From assembly GCA_043228905.1 (NCBI GenBank), contig JBHGNT010000009.1, forward strand, positions 20,336,001 through 20,400,000: DNA of 64,000 bases. The letters are read 5' to 3'. This stretch comes from Azolla caroliniana. Taxonomy: Eukaryota > Plantae > Polypodiophyta. Made by a program: the position numbers and the translations under genes. The notes beneath the pieces were generated by a model, which saw only the letters and a list, made by a program, of their open reading frames with translations, had not been told where the DNA came from and searched no databases. This document shows, piece by piece, positions 26,051 through 39,836 of the stretch (its first letter is position 1; each line of letters begins with the position of its first letter).

Positions 26051-29000
26051 GCATCTATGTTACTATATCATTATTCATATATGTGCATAATTATATTGTG
26101 AATCTTACTTCATATATGTCTACATTGTAGACTGTAGTGACAAATTACAATGATTGTGGGTATTACTTCATATGAGCCTTGAGGTAAAGTAATTTTAAAT
26201 TGCCTATAGTCTGTAATATCATTATTCATATATGTGCATAATTATATTGTGAAATTATGTGAATCTTACTTGTATGCTTTGTAAAATAGATGGAATAAAG
26301 CACTTTGTAGGCTTGGAAGTTGGGAGTCGAGGCTGCACGATGCACGCAAGCGGCAATAGCAGGTCTTCGTCTTCCACTTTGTAGTATCTACTATGCAGCA
26401 GACCTCTCTCTCTCTCTCTCTCGCGCGCGCGTGCGCATTTGTGTCGATGGACTGGTCATTGTCTGTGTCGAGAGTCCTATAGGCTATTACCTAGGTCCGA
26501 GTCGTCTGTTTGTGTTGAGCTATGAGACTCGAGAGACTAAAGTCTTATTACCTAATTAGTAATACCTAATTCATCACTTTGGAGTCTGTGTGTACACAGT
26601 ACACTCAGCATTGTAGACAATTGACTAATGACTCGTGACCACTAACTACTAGTTAGAACTTAGACTCTTGACTAATTAGAAGTTAGAACATAGACTTTTG
26701 TAATAAACTGTAGTTACTAGTAATTACTAATTAAATCACTTAAACGGCTTAAACGGCTTAGCCGGCTCGAGCCGAGCTCAAACCGTTAAGGCAGGCTCAA
26801 GCCTAAACTGAGCCGAGCCGAGCCGCTAAGCCGCTAAGCCATTTTCAAGCCGGCTAAGCCAAACAGTTTAGGCTTGAGCCGAGCCGTTGCCGATCCCTAG
26901 TTATCGTAGTAGATCAGGATCGGGGTCGGTACCTCGATTCGCAGGTCTTGCAATAGTCGACGAAGCCAAATGGCTTCGCAGGTGGCAACGGTCGCGCCCC
27001 GGTATTCAGCCTCAGTGCTGGATAGAGCCATTGTTGGCTGCTTTTTGCTGCTCCACGCAACAGCCACGCTCCCAAGAGAAAACATAAAGCCGGAAGTTGA
27101 GCGACGATCCGTTGCATCGCCAACCCAGTCGGCATCCGTGTAGCCGACAAGCTCTTCGGTTATACCTTGCCGGTATAAGAGCCCCCGGTCCTTAGTGCCG
27201 CTTACATACCTCAGTATTCGTTTGCGCGCACTGAAGGTTCTCCACGGTCGGCTTCTTCATGAATTGGCTTACCACTCCGACCGGATAGCTAATGTCGGGT
27301 CGGGTGATGGTCAAGTAGATCAGGCTTCCGACTATTTGTCGGAACCGTTTCTCATCACAGGCTGGTCCGGAGTTGGGACGGATCTTCTGATTCCGGTTCA
27401 AGGGTGTGGAGACAGGTCGGCATTCCGTCATGCCGAACTTGTACAGTATATTCAACACATAATGGCGTTGAGAAAGCAATATGCCGTCGAGGGTGCGGAT
27501 CACCTCGATCCCCAAAAAATAATGAAGGTCCCCCAAGTCCTTCATATCGAATGCGTCCGACAACTGGGACTTGACGCAGTTGATTTCCAGAAGTCCTGGG
27601 CTGGTGATGACTAAATCATCAACATAGAGTAAGATACATACCGGACCGTTTGAGCCTTGACGGATGAATAGGGAAGAGTCTGACTTAGAGGCACCAAACC
27701 CCATCTTTCGCAACTGGTGCGTGATCTTAGCATTCCAAGCACAGGGGGCGTGCTTCAAGCCATACAACGACTTCCTCAGTCGGCATACCGCCGACTTGTT
27801 CACCTCCGACTGAAATCCGAGGGGTTGAGGCATAAAGACTTCTTCTTCAAGATCTCCTTGGAGGAAGGCATTCTTCACATCAATCTGATGAAGATGCCAC
27901 CCCCTTGCCGCAGCAACCGCCAGTACCACACGAACCGTCGTCATCTTCGCTACATGAGCAAAGGTCTCGTCATAGTCGATTCTGTGGGTCTGCGCATATC
28001 CCTTCGCCACTAACCAGGCCTTGTACCGGTTAACTGTACCGTCGGCATTGTACTTTACCTTGTACACCCACTTGCATCCGATCGGTTTACAGTGACGGGG
28101 AGGGTCAACCAGGTCCCAAGTTCCGTTGGCATCCAGTGCCCGCATTTCTTCCTCCATAGCGGCACGCCAATTTGTGTCTGTTGCCGCTTCTGCGTAGCTC
28201 TCCGGCTCACGCACTTCCGCGACCTTGGTCATGTATGCATAATGATGCGCCATGTACTCGTTATACCCGTACCGTTTAACAGGATCCTTCTAGCGGGTGG
28301 ACCAACGTAACTCACCGTTACCCGGTATGAGACCCTTCTTGGCCGGTTCGGTCTTCGTTCCCGAAGATCTGCCTATGTCCTTGCCGAAGTCAGATACACA
28401 CCGATCCGACTCATCATTGCCGGTCTCGAATTCCGGCATCTTCTGCTTCCCTTTCTCTTTGCGTGTGAACCGTCTCCTCGGTTCCTTGCGCGGGGAGAGC
28501 ACAACAAAGTCTCCACTACTCGTCGTCTCATCATCCGACTAGTTGGACTGATCCAGTCTCTCATTCGGTCCGCTTAACCGGAACGATTCCGAACTCTCAT
28601 CTTGAGTCCCGACTTCATCTTTCTCTACCTGGGCCGGTTCGGGCTCACTAGCCCCATCCTCCGACATCGAGTCGGGATCGGAAGTCGGAGTCGGTAAGGA
28701 ATACCACGATGCCGATTCATCAAACTCGACATCTCGGTTGACTCGGACCTGCTTTGTCCGAGGTTTATAACACTTATACCCCTTTTGCTCTTGAGCATAG
28801 CCGACTAGGATGCATTTTTCCGATTTTGCATCCAGCTTTCTCCGCTTCTCATTCGGCACATGTACATAGGCTATGTTGTCGAATATCCATAGGTGTCTCA
28901 AATTCGGCTTGCGCCCGAAATACAGCTCGTGAGCTGACACCTTGTCCCCGATCCGGTTCTGGATGTAAATGGCCGTTTGGACCGCCTCCGCCCAGTAGAA

Positions 29001-31490
29001 CTTGGGCATGCTCTTTTCCTCCAGCATTGTCGTAGCCGCATCAATCAGCGACCAATTCTTCCTTTCGGCCACACCATTCTGTTGCGGTGTGTATCTACAG
29101 GTGAATTCTCGCTGAATTCCTTTTTGTTGCAGATAGTTGTTGAATTGGCCGGAAGAGTACTCTTTTCCGCCATCCGACCATAGGCATTTGATCTTCCTCT
29201 CCGATTCCCGTTCCACCATCTTCTGGAGGCTCCAGAAACACTTGAAGACTTCGCTCTTCTGCTCAATGAGGTAGATCCACATATGCCGCGTGTAGTCGTC
29301 GATGAAGGAGACGAAATATCGACTCCTGCCAATGCTAACATTTTGTGTCGGTCCCCACACATCCGAATGGATAAGATCAAGCTTGTTACGGCTTCGATTT
29401 CTTTCGGTGGGGAATGGAAGCCGATGTTGCTTCCCGAGTTGGCAGGCTTCACAAATCTAGGCTCTCCGGCCGCTAAACTTCGGCAAACCGAAAACGACTT
29501 GTTCCGTTTGCAAGTCTTGAAGCCTCCGGTAGTTGACGTGGCCGATCCGCTTGTGCCACAGGTCGATATCCGACTCGACCTTCTGTCCTTTGGCAAACAG
29601 TGCGGTGCCGACGTCATTGGTGTTGAGGATAAACATCCTCCCATCTCTACACCCTTGCGCAATAACTTCGCCCTCATCCTCAATGAAGCACCCGAGGTGC
29701 GTAAACCGCACCTGCATCCCCTGGTCGACGATCTGTCCGACCGACACCAGGTTCTTCGTGATCGTCGGAACATGTAATACATTCATCAGCTTCCCCCTCT
29801 GTCCGACGTGGCTCAAAGGGACTTCTCCAACGTGCACGATCGGGTGGGGAGTGTCGTCTCCGGTTTCGATAACTCCCGGTTGATCCGGCTTCTCCAAAAA
29901 GGAGAACCACTCCCCATGGCTCATCATGTGGTTCGATGCGCCAGAGTCAACGTACCACATTTCCTCTGATTTGGAAGTGGTCTTCTTCATTGAGTTTGCC
30001 TTGTGCTTCATCACCAAGGCTGGCCCCTTACCGTTCTTGGATCCTCCCGATCCGTTTGCGTAGTGCGAGCTTTGTCGGCCTTCCTTACCGGTCTTGCCGG
30101 ATCCAAATTTGTCCGAATCGGCACGCTTTCTCCCGCACTCGCTTTCCCTATGGCCCTTTTTGCCACAGTACCAGCATTCCGTAGCGGATTTGTCTTGTCG
30201 GCCTCCAGCACCACCTTGACTCCCTCTGCTTGTGGAAGTCCCGGAACTGTTGTCGGCACGCTCACTATGCCTTCGTTCCTGCTCTTGTCGGCCGCCTCCA
30301 TTGCGTGCCGACCTGCCTCGTCCACCATGCCCGCGGGACCGATCCGCTCCAGTGTACAGCATCCGGTTGTCTAGGAATGCACTGGTAGATGCACCGGCGT
30401 GGTTCTCCTCTACAAGGAGCATCGACTATAAGTCGAAAAATGAGGGCGTATTCTCCCTTATACAAACCGCAGTCCGGAAAGCTCCGAACTTGGACGCCAG
30501 GCCTCCAAGACAGACCTGCACCATCTCGTCTTCCTCTACGGTGACGTTAATAGAGGCAAGCAAGTCACAGATCCCTTTGATCCGATCTGTGTAATCTGCC
30601 ACTGACATCTTCTTCTGTCCAACATTGCTCAACTCCTGTCTGAGTTGCAGCTTCCGAGCAGTGGTGCTTGCGGCAAAGACCTTTTTCAAGTTTCCCCAAG
30701 CATCCTTCGGTGTCTTGGCGTCACGGATATGGTTGAGCAGCTGGTCACTGACACTGGACGCGAAGCAGTACATCACCCTGCTTGCCGCCTGTTCCCACAC
30801 TAGGAAGTCCTTGTGTGTCATCTTCGGTGCTGAGTCGTTCACTCCGTTGACATAACTCCAGTAGCCATGCCCAAGCAGGTACTGGTGCATCTTGTATGAC
30901 CAATATGCGTAGTTGGTTCTGTCGAGCTTCTCCACCGGGAGCGACGTAGCCATACCTCTGTCCATTTCTCCTTTTTTGTGACTGCTTTCCGATCTGTTAG
31001 GGTTTCCTTCACAAGCGTAGATGTCTGCAACAGAGGTTCTCAACCCACGCGCTCTGATACCATGTAAAAGATTGCTTGCGGAAGCGTTAGAAAGAACAAT
31101 GCACAAAGAGAGAGAGAGAGAGAGAGAGTACGCAGGAGAGACAGAGAGAGAGCAAGACACACTATTTTTCAAAATTATATGAATACTCTGTGGTCTACAT
31201 CTACAACGCGCTCATCAGCGCTATTTATACAAGTCCACACGGGACTGTTAGAAGTACGGTGTACTTCAATGCTCACACAAGCATCTGACACTAACTACGA
31301 GACTATAACTGCCTAGTAGTCTAACCTATACTAGGCTTCCGGTTACGGATTGGATCTAGGATACCGGCTCCCCAGCTCACCGGTCCTTACTGCTTACTGA
31401 CTCGGTTGCTCACCGGCATACCGATTCATCTCGCTTACCGGCTCAGGCTTATTCAGCCGATCCGGCTCCGGTTGAGCTTGCCGCTCAACA

Positions 31491-33784
31491 CTAACTCTAA
31501 TCTTCAATCGCGCCCTCACAGAGGGTTTTCCACCACAATGGACCATGAACACAGTGGCCCCCAGACATAAAGGGGGGGACCCCATGGACCCAAATACTTA
31601 TAGGACCATTATGATAGGTCATACCCTTGCTAAATTATATGGTGCAGTAATGGAGGCAGAGCTTAGCGATTATATGGAGACCTTAAATCTTCGTGGACCT
31701 GAACAGGTTGGCTTTAGATGAGCCTTCTCCACTATTGATCATATCTTCACACTTAGATGCTTAATTGACCAGACTAAGGCTCGCAAGAAGAAACTATATT
31801 GTTATTTTGTGGACTTCCGCAAAGCCTTTGACACGGTCCCTAGAGAGCGGTTGTTTGATAGGCTTAAGAGCTTGAGGATACCAGATGACATGGTTTGGGC
31901 CATCTACGCACTATATGAACAAGTGTTCGTGTGTGTTCAATGCCCAGGTGGTATATCCGATAGTTTCACTAGCACTATTGGTGTAAAACAAGGTTGCCCC
32001 TTATCTCCGACTCTTTTTGGGATCTACATTGATGAGATCACAGATTTTATTGCTCGTAAGGGAGGCAATGGAGTTTTGCTCTCTGAATCCGAACACGACC
32101 TACAAAGGTACTTTAATGCCTTAGATGACTTTTGCACACAACGAGGATTGGTAGTGAATCTAGGGAAAACTAAAGTCATTATCTTCCACACGTCGGCCCA
32201 AGTTAGAGCTAAGTGTCACCTAACTATCTCCCATAGCCCAGTTGAGGTGGTTGGATCATATGTCTATCTCGGAGTCACTTTCAGTGCCCGCTCAGGTAAA
32301 TTTTTGATGACACAAGCAACGAAGGATAGATTTACAAGAGGACATGCATCCCTCTCACTCCTCGAGAGACAATGCCACCAAGCATACTTCCAAGAGCCAC
32401 GAACTAAAGGGTGGCTCTTTGACTCATTAGTGACTCCCTCTCTCATGTATGCATCAACGGTTTGGGCTCCAGGACTACCATCTTTCATGTGGACACAATT
32501 AGAGAGACTATTGGTGATGATGTTATCACGCCAACTCCGAAGCAAATCGTCGGTCCCACATGACATTATTAGGGATGAGTTCACTCTACCCCCTATGTTA
32601 GTAGAAGCACTTTTTCGACTTGTAGTCTTTATCCACAGGATACATAACCAACCACTTGATAGAATATCCCATCAAGTCTTTAAGGCTTCTCGAGCACTGT
32701 ATGAGTCCGGCTATACTAGCTCATGGTATGGCATGATGGTGAGTTGGCTTCTTGCCAATGGTCTAGACATTAATAACCTCCCCCCCCCTTAAGTACGACC
32801 ACACGACTGATAACACTTTAATCTCTCATGAGGACCGTAATAAAGTAATACGCCAAGAAATATGGCAAATTTATACTCGGTATAAATGGATCACCCCACT
32901 AGAGCCACTCCCATCTAAAATGTCGTACTATAAGGAACACTTTATGCACTTCTCTAAGTTAGGTTTTATTACGCGGCCAAGATATCTAAATGTATTCTTA
33001 CCACATGCACTAAGGGTTGTCATTGGTCAACTTAGAATATCATCTCACCAACTTGAGATTGAGAACGGACGTACTAATGGAGTCCCTAGGGAGGAAAGGA
33101 TATGTAGGTTATGCCACATAGAGGTAGAGGATGAGTACCATTTTACATGCAAATGCCCCACCTATGCCGAGATAAGGGCAAAATACCAAGGCATACTTGG
33201 TTCCTCTCCCACCCTTCCTAAACTATTAGATACACTAGATATAAAGAAGTTAGGTAGATACATCTTAGAATTGAAACAACACAGAGAGAATAAGTTACAA
33301 AACGTTGATAATAATGTTGCTAATGTTTACCAACATGTAACAAATGAAGTTTTTCAGGAACAGGGGGAGACAATGAATGTCGACACACCTGCACCACTCG
33401 GGCTTTTCCTTGATGAAGCAGAAAATCAAAGAAGAACCAAATGCCCTTGGATGCCGGGTTTCAAAGCAACTCGACGAGATGTAGAAGCAATAAAGAAAAT
33501 AAGGGAATGTGAACTACACCGCCTAGAAGCCATGGCTAGGGCACTCTATACACCGGGACCATGGGTCACACCCACACCAAAAACTTTTGACCTCCCACTT
33601 CTTTTTGAGAGACTTGGGTGGAAATGAGATTAGGCTTAGTGCAAAGTTTTGTACACTACTAGAACTCTCTTAGGTTAAGCTATTTTCTTTTATTTTAGTT
33701 TTGATGATTGGATAAACACTCATTTTTGTTGTAAACCAATTGTCTCATGGGTCAAATTTGGCCTTAGAAGACGTTAATATATCT

Positions 33785-33790
<6 letters not shown>
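31491..33790 (+). mobile_element. RTE/RTEX-like LINE (family B), RT, zinc knuckle and 3' end
   Basis: VDFRKAFDTV, GVKQGCPLSPTLFG, YVYLGVTF, LRISSHQLEIENGR..CRLC..EDEYHFTCKC. Ends AAGACGTTAATATATCTTTCT followed by (CT)n. Confidence 0.9.

Positions 33791-33823
<33 letters not shown>
33784..33823. repeat. (CT)n(CA)n microsatellite at the LINE tail
   Basis: Read directly from the sequence. Confidence 0.85.
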
Positions 33824-33824
<1 letters not shown>

Positions 33825-36685
33825 TCTCTTCCGTTGCACAAAATCACACCCGATTCTTTACAGACAAGAACTTATGAATTGGTTCATTTTGCCATCTTGT
33901 TCACTCACAATTGACCTTTGACCAATCTCAACACTAAGAAGCGCTTCAAATATCTATGTGCAAGCGTGTCCTCTAGCACCTTTATGTTGAGCATTCCACA
34001 AGTTGGGCAATGTGCACATTAGCATGATGAATAACATCTTTGATTCAAGGCTCGTCTTTAGTCCCTTCATTGTTGAATGGCGTAGCTACTTCGAACTAGC
34101 ATAGACAATAATGAGAGAAGTTATGGTTAGTGGTCTAGTTGAAAACTTACTAATCAACCATCTAATAATTAGATGGGCAAAGGTGTCAAAAAACATTGTT
34201 GATTCTTATTTGATTATATGGTGGATGGAAGAATGGAAGTTAGAATAGGATATAGAAGGATGTGTCCTATGTAAAACTATATAAGCATGATAAAGCCATG
34301 CTAGATGCAATCTAATTACGAACCTAATATAATCAGATGTATTTCATATTCTATTATTGTGACATTCAATCCTTGTCTTTTGGACTGTAATTTGAAACTT
34401 TGAAGATAACATCCTTTGGTTTTACTTTTGGGTCTTAATGTATTGGTGATGTGCATGTTAAGCTTAATCTACCTAATAATTATAATTACTGTAGCATCTA
34501 GTCGATGTCGTTTCTAGCTAAGGTTCAATAACTAATTGAAGTTCTTTCTAACTTTCCTTAGTACATATCCACTTTCAAACTGGAATAGTAAATTAAAATT
34601 ATTTATTCTTCTAATTTTATAACGAGCAATATGTGCACTTTCTTTTAGCATAACTTACGAACTCTCCTAGGCTTTGACCAAAGAAATGTCAATAATGAAA
34701 TAATTTTAAACACCTTTCTTAATTATCATTTAAGATATGAATATCTGTTTAAGGATATGTCTCATGTGATTATGGGTGCACATGTTTGCCATCTTGACAA
34801 TAAGCAAGCATGTTTTTGGAATTTATGCAACTTATGTTTGATTGAAATCTCTATACGACGTTAAACATGGTTTTTGAAAACTTAAGGTTCATGCATCCAT
34901 AATGACAATTCACATTCGGAGAGGGTGAATGCAAATATATTTGATATTAATGATATGAAAATAACTCATCAACCTACTAGTTTCTGTGATTGTATGATGC
35001 GCCAATGTAGTAGATAACATGAGATTTTTTGCTTTTTTGATGTGTTGCCTAGTTACCTTTCATGATTCAAGAAGCTTATAAATGTTCAACGTATTGCAAC
35101 GACACTAACTTTACAATCTTAACATGTATATACATATAGGTGCCTAGACATTGCCTAGACACTATGAAATGATATGGAAATAAATTTGTCTTGGTGAAAA
35201 GATATCCTTCTAAAGTTAGATAGATTTTGTTTTTGTGCACATACAAAAGATATGGTCTATGGAACCAACATAAACATTTGTGTGTACTATGTGCGGAGCT
35301 GATAAATGACTTATAATGTTAAAGAATTTTACTAATAATCATTGTAATGAGAGTCCACGAAAAGATGTGTTGTTGAGAAGAAAAGGTGTCTTGTGAAAGA
35401 TCATGGTTGTAGAATGTGGGAAAAGTGAGATATAATGCAAAAGGGAGGAGGGGAAACAAGGAAGAAATTCAAGGACAGTGACAATGATAACTAAGCTTCA
35501 ATGTCACATAAAGAACTTGAAGGTGTTTTGATGAGTATAAAAAGAAAAATCCTTGCATCAAGGTACAATCTAAACATGCACAATTTCCATAGAAACAATA
35601 CACATGCATTCCAACATTGAATTAGACAAGGATATTGTTGCATCGAAAGGAGAATCACATACATATACAATATATGCCTCTTATGTTTTCATGTCGGTTT
35701 GTGCATCAACAACATTCTTTTGCATTTCCATTGGAAAAAATGAGGATATACTTGTAGCAACCTAACCCAAAAACTTTTGATTGGGTTTTACCACTAGAAA
35801 TACACACACAATTCACATGATTGCTATGGATGTGGGTGAAGATTGATGTGAAGAGAAAAAGGGATTAGGATATCTAGGTCATGCTATATTGATTTGAGTC
35901 GTATGCATGATAGTTTGTGAGTTTTACATGTCTAGCGACCCAAACCTTTTCCACCTTTTGTGGACCCCTTAATCTCACACATTTTTGACAAGATAAATAG
36001 GTATATGATTTTTTTAATGTCCACGGGAAGCCAAAATGCAATTTGTGGGACAAGACAAGATAATGGGGAGCATCTAACTTGGGTTCTCTCAATTTATGAC
36101 TTTTGAGGTTGTGTTGTAAACTAACTAAAACATAGAAAAATACACTTAACACGATCAAATAATTAGTTGCAATTTGAAAATGACCACATCATTGTTCCTT
36201 TTTCCCAAACCTAATTAAAATCGTGATAATATATTTAAGGGGTAAATGAAAGCATAGTTAACATTGCAAAGACTAATTAATTGCCAAAATTAGTGTAACT
36301 TCATACTCATTAATGTACAAAGTTTTGTAATGAATGGGCAATTAATTCCACTTATTTGGTTCGTAATTAGTCACACAAGAATTAGCAATATATTAATATC
36401 CACTTAGTTGTGCTAAAGTTGTATTAATTAGGTTTGTAAAAAAGAATGGTGAGTTGGCAAACTTGTAAATTAGATTGTGATGTTAATCCTCCTTTGTTGC
36501 ATGTCTTAACACTTCAACCCCACTAGAGAGAGAGAGAGAGAAAGAAAGATACCAAATGATGTATTCCCCCAAATTATGGATTTATTTGGGAAAAATTACA
36601 TTATATACCATTGTTGTGTGGATCTTTGCCAAAGAAAACATATGTTGCACCTTCGGTGGATTGACGGTTAAAGGATGGTACACAC

Positions 36686-36955
36686 TTGTTCCTAGTCACT
36701 AACAAATGTATTGTATATCATGCAATGGCATCATTATCTTGGCTATCACCTAAAGCAAAAAAGATGTGGAATGTATATAAGTCAAATGCAAGGTGGTGGC
36801 AAATATTGCAATGTGTCTGGCATTCCCATTTGCCATTTCATTCAAAGGTATTCATGTGGAGAGTCATGATTGGTGGCCTCCCATTAGGTTCAACCTTAAA
36901 TAGACAAGGACAAGGGTTCCGTACATGCTTCTTTTGCACCATTTTGTTGGAGAAC
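36686..36955 (+). mobile_element. L1 zf-RVT relic
   Basis: VWHSHLPFHSKVFMWRVMIGGLPLG..CFFC..LEN resembles the plant L1 zf-RVT domain. Confidence 0.6.
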
Positions 36956-39062
36956 AATACTTTTTATCCAAGGATAAGGATGAAGAACAAATCCCAATAT
37001 CGTTGCATGACATTGGAGATCATAACTTTGTTACAATTAAGGTGCAAACTATTACAAGCATAATCGTAAGCACAATAGTAGGCTGGCTAATTCATAAGGA
37101 ACGAAGGGTGAGGATTGAGTTATCTCAATCCTACGATGGGAGATAACTTTAGAGTGTTTCATCACTTGCTTATCTCAATCCTACAATGGGAAAAATAGTC
37201 CCAAGAAAATATTGACACTTACACGCTTACATAGATCTACATATCAAAAGTTATAATCCATAAGAGACATGCACATATTACAAGCTTTCATAAATGCACT
37301 TTACAGAAGTACATTGTTCACTTTCAAAGGTATTCAATCCTTGCTCTTTCATTGTACTTGTCAATTTTAGTTGAATGATGTGCGGATACACGAATAAAGA
37401 TGATAACGAAATCTTCCATGGTTGTTGGTATCATTGTAATTCAAATCTAAACTATTCAAAATCAAATTACTAGTCCATAATAAAGTTTAATGGGATGGTG
37501 ATACATCCACAATTTGTTTTCGACACGCCAAGAAGCTTTAAAATTTGACATGTTGTCAATTAAGTTGGAATTTGGAGCGCGCAACCAAATGAAAGTAATG
37601 TTGATTTAACAATAGATCAATAGAAAGAATAGATATTAAATCTATAACCAACCATAATCCTTAGGTAGATGCCCTTCAACTAGCTAGAGGATAAGATGCA
37701 TCCCATGCCATATTAAGGTTGTCTAATATTTGTCCCAAATTGGAGGACATGTACATAAGAGTATCTCAAACTAGACCATGGTACCAAATTCCAATTTGGA
37801 GGGAAAATGAATAGAACATGAAGAATGTACCAAAAGACTATGGTGAGCCGTTTATGCATGTCATAAACTTGCAGGGCTTAATGTGTGCACACAATAACTA
37901 TTTTTTATTTTGCATGGAAAGAGCCATCCACAAGATAAATGTCACATATTAACTCGTAGTCATACATCAATGTTTATATTGAAATTTTACATTTGATTCC
38001 ATTGTAATGCATGAAGGTAGACATGGATAAGTTACGCTACACTTAGCTTGTTCCTTGTGGAGCATGATTTGCACATTATTTCTTCCATCTTCATTGTTTG
38101 GTGATGTGGGCTTCTTAAATAAGGACATTGTATAAAAGAGTGTCCCTTTAATTTGGCTAGAGATTGAAAGTTAACTTTACATCCCCTTAGTTGGAATGGC
38201 AAGGGCATGTATGTTGGCAACTACACAAGATGTAAGAATCTCCCTTGGAGCTCTCTTTTTGTTACCATCTAAACCCATTTGGAACCACAAGGGGATTCTT
38301 CTAAGCCAAATGAGGTATTAATCTCGTCTCTTCGTACTTAATCAAAATGGACACTTGCTAAGTTTTCGAGATGCACCGATGTATCATAATTTGGCTCCAC
38401 ATCACGAATATATGCAGTCTAAAATATTTGATCAACTACTTCCATTTACTCATGTGCCACCACTAGAGACATGCTAGACACTCTTTGTTTGGCAATTAAT
38501 AATGGTAACATAAGTGTCTGCATTAATGCATCACCATTTCATAACCTTATTATGCTTATACTCCTATCCTTTGGATTCAAGGGGAGTGAGAATGTGCTTT
38601 GGAAAATCATCAAGCAAAAGAGACGGTGGAAGGCTAGACTTGTTACATAGATGAACATTGACATAGTTCACACTAAAACCAAACTAATGACAACTTTTTT
38701 TAGAGAGGGACATTGTGTCTAAAGGCATTGCCATGGTGTAGCTTAGGTTACATAACTTAATTGGATTTACATTGTACATTGTCATGAAGGTTTGTATCAT
38801 ATGAGTAGAGTCAAAGAGGTGGTGGTGTTAATAGATACATGTACTACATACGCATACGAAGATAGAGAGAATTGTCTGGAAGAGACATGAAGGTCATGCA
38901 TTCAGCCCAATACATTTTGCATTGGTATCTAGTAAAGTAGTACAAATGAGTGACATTTGAGTGCCAAGTTCCAATGCATTGGTCACTTGGTGTATAAATG
39001 AGAAAGATCTGTCATGTACCACAAGAATGTCATCCAAGTTTTGCGAATGACCCAATTAGCGT

Positions 39063-39220
39063 TCCTTTTGTTCCTAGGCTTATTAACATCATAATAACGT
39101 AATCCTTTTGTTCCTAGGCTAATTAACATCATAATAACGTAATCCTTTTGTTCTTAGGCTAATTAATATCATAATAACACAATCCTTTTGTTCCTAGGCT
39201 AATTAACATCGTAATAACGT
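39063..39220. repeat. 40-bp tandem repeat x4
   Basis: Unit TCCTTTTGTTCCTAGGCTAATTAACATCATAATAACGTAA. Confidence 0.92.
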
Positions 39221-39346
39221 GATTATGGGGCAAGTGTGAGTGCCTATAAGGCTTGCCAAGATTGATTAACAACAAAGATTCACATGGCTTAAACCCTCAT
39301 TAATGTACACAATTATTTTCTCCAAAGCATATTAATCAAGCACAAA

Positions 39347-39836
39347 CATGACATAACCGTTCAAAATCCGTTCTCAAGATGCTAATTTTATTCCTAAATG
39401 ATAAGGATCCGAATGAGTTTTTGCAAGGAGCAACAGTGCATCAGTTAGCTAGCTGACATTGAATTAGGTCATACAAAACCCTAATATTGGAGAGACGGAT
39501 AATGAAGGACAAAGTTCATGACATAACCGTTCAACTTCCGGTCTCTGAGATGCTGATTTTATTCATGAAATGACAATGCATCAATGATTTAAGGATTCTA
39601 ATCAGCCTTCTCAAAGGAGCAACAATGCATCAGTTAGGTAGCTGACATTGGATTAGGTCACAGAAAACCCTAATACGGAGAGACAGATAATGGAGAACAA
39701 ACAACAATGCAGACTCAATAATAAGGATCCTAATTTAGTCTTCGCGCAAGGAGCAACAAGAATGCATCAGTTTAGCTGACACTGAATTTAGGTCATTACA
39801 AACCCTAATACATATGGAGAGACGGATAATGAAGAG
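39347..39836. repeat. Degenerate 170-200-bp tandem triplication upstream of the TPR gene
   Basis: CATGACATAACCGTTCAA at about 39347 and 39517. AAGGAGCAACA..TGCATCAGTT..AGCTGACA..AGGTCA..AAACCCTAATA..GGAGAGAC occurs three times. Confidence 0.8.

Larger units (their letters stand above)
23080..26899 (-). mobile_element. hAT DNA transposon (3.8 kb) inserted in the Copia-3 RNase H
   Basis: TIR TAGGGATCGGCAAC / GTTGCCGATCCCTA. 8-bp TSD GTTATCGC / GTTATCGT. AAACCG/GAGCCG subterminal repeats. It splits the RH motif YYDN|LSSMQLAKNPVFHARTKHIE. Confidence 0.93.
21677..31490 (-). mobile_element. Ty1/Copia LTR retrotransposon (Copia-3), full-length, carrying a nested hAT
   Basis: LTRs 31063-31490 and 21677-22114. 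TSD CTAAC at 21672-21676 and 31491-31495. PBS TGGTATCAGAGC at 31062-31051. PPT TTGAGGGGGAG at 22125-22115. Gag, CWYCGKKGHRESEC, WYVDSGAS, integrase, RT LLYVDDLV and RH on the minus strand, with stops and frameshifts. Confidence 0.96.

Noticed and set aside
17185-31030. Many overlapping or antisense ORFs within Copia-2 and Copia-3
   Set aside because: Shadow ORFs expected in GC-rich coding DNA, with no recognisable motifs.
35080-35460. Possible MuDR transposase relic (SWIM/knuckle-like spacing)
   Set aside because: Too decayed to support by eye: no ORF and no TIRs. A translated HMM search would be needed.
37300-38450. Possible decayed coding or transposase sequence on the minus strand
   Set aside because: No continuous frame or diagnostic motif.
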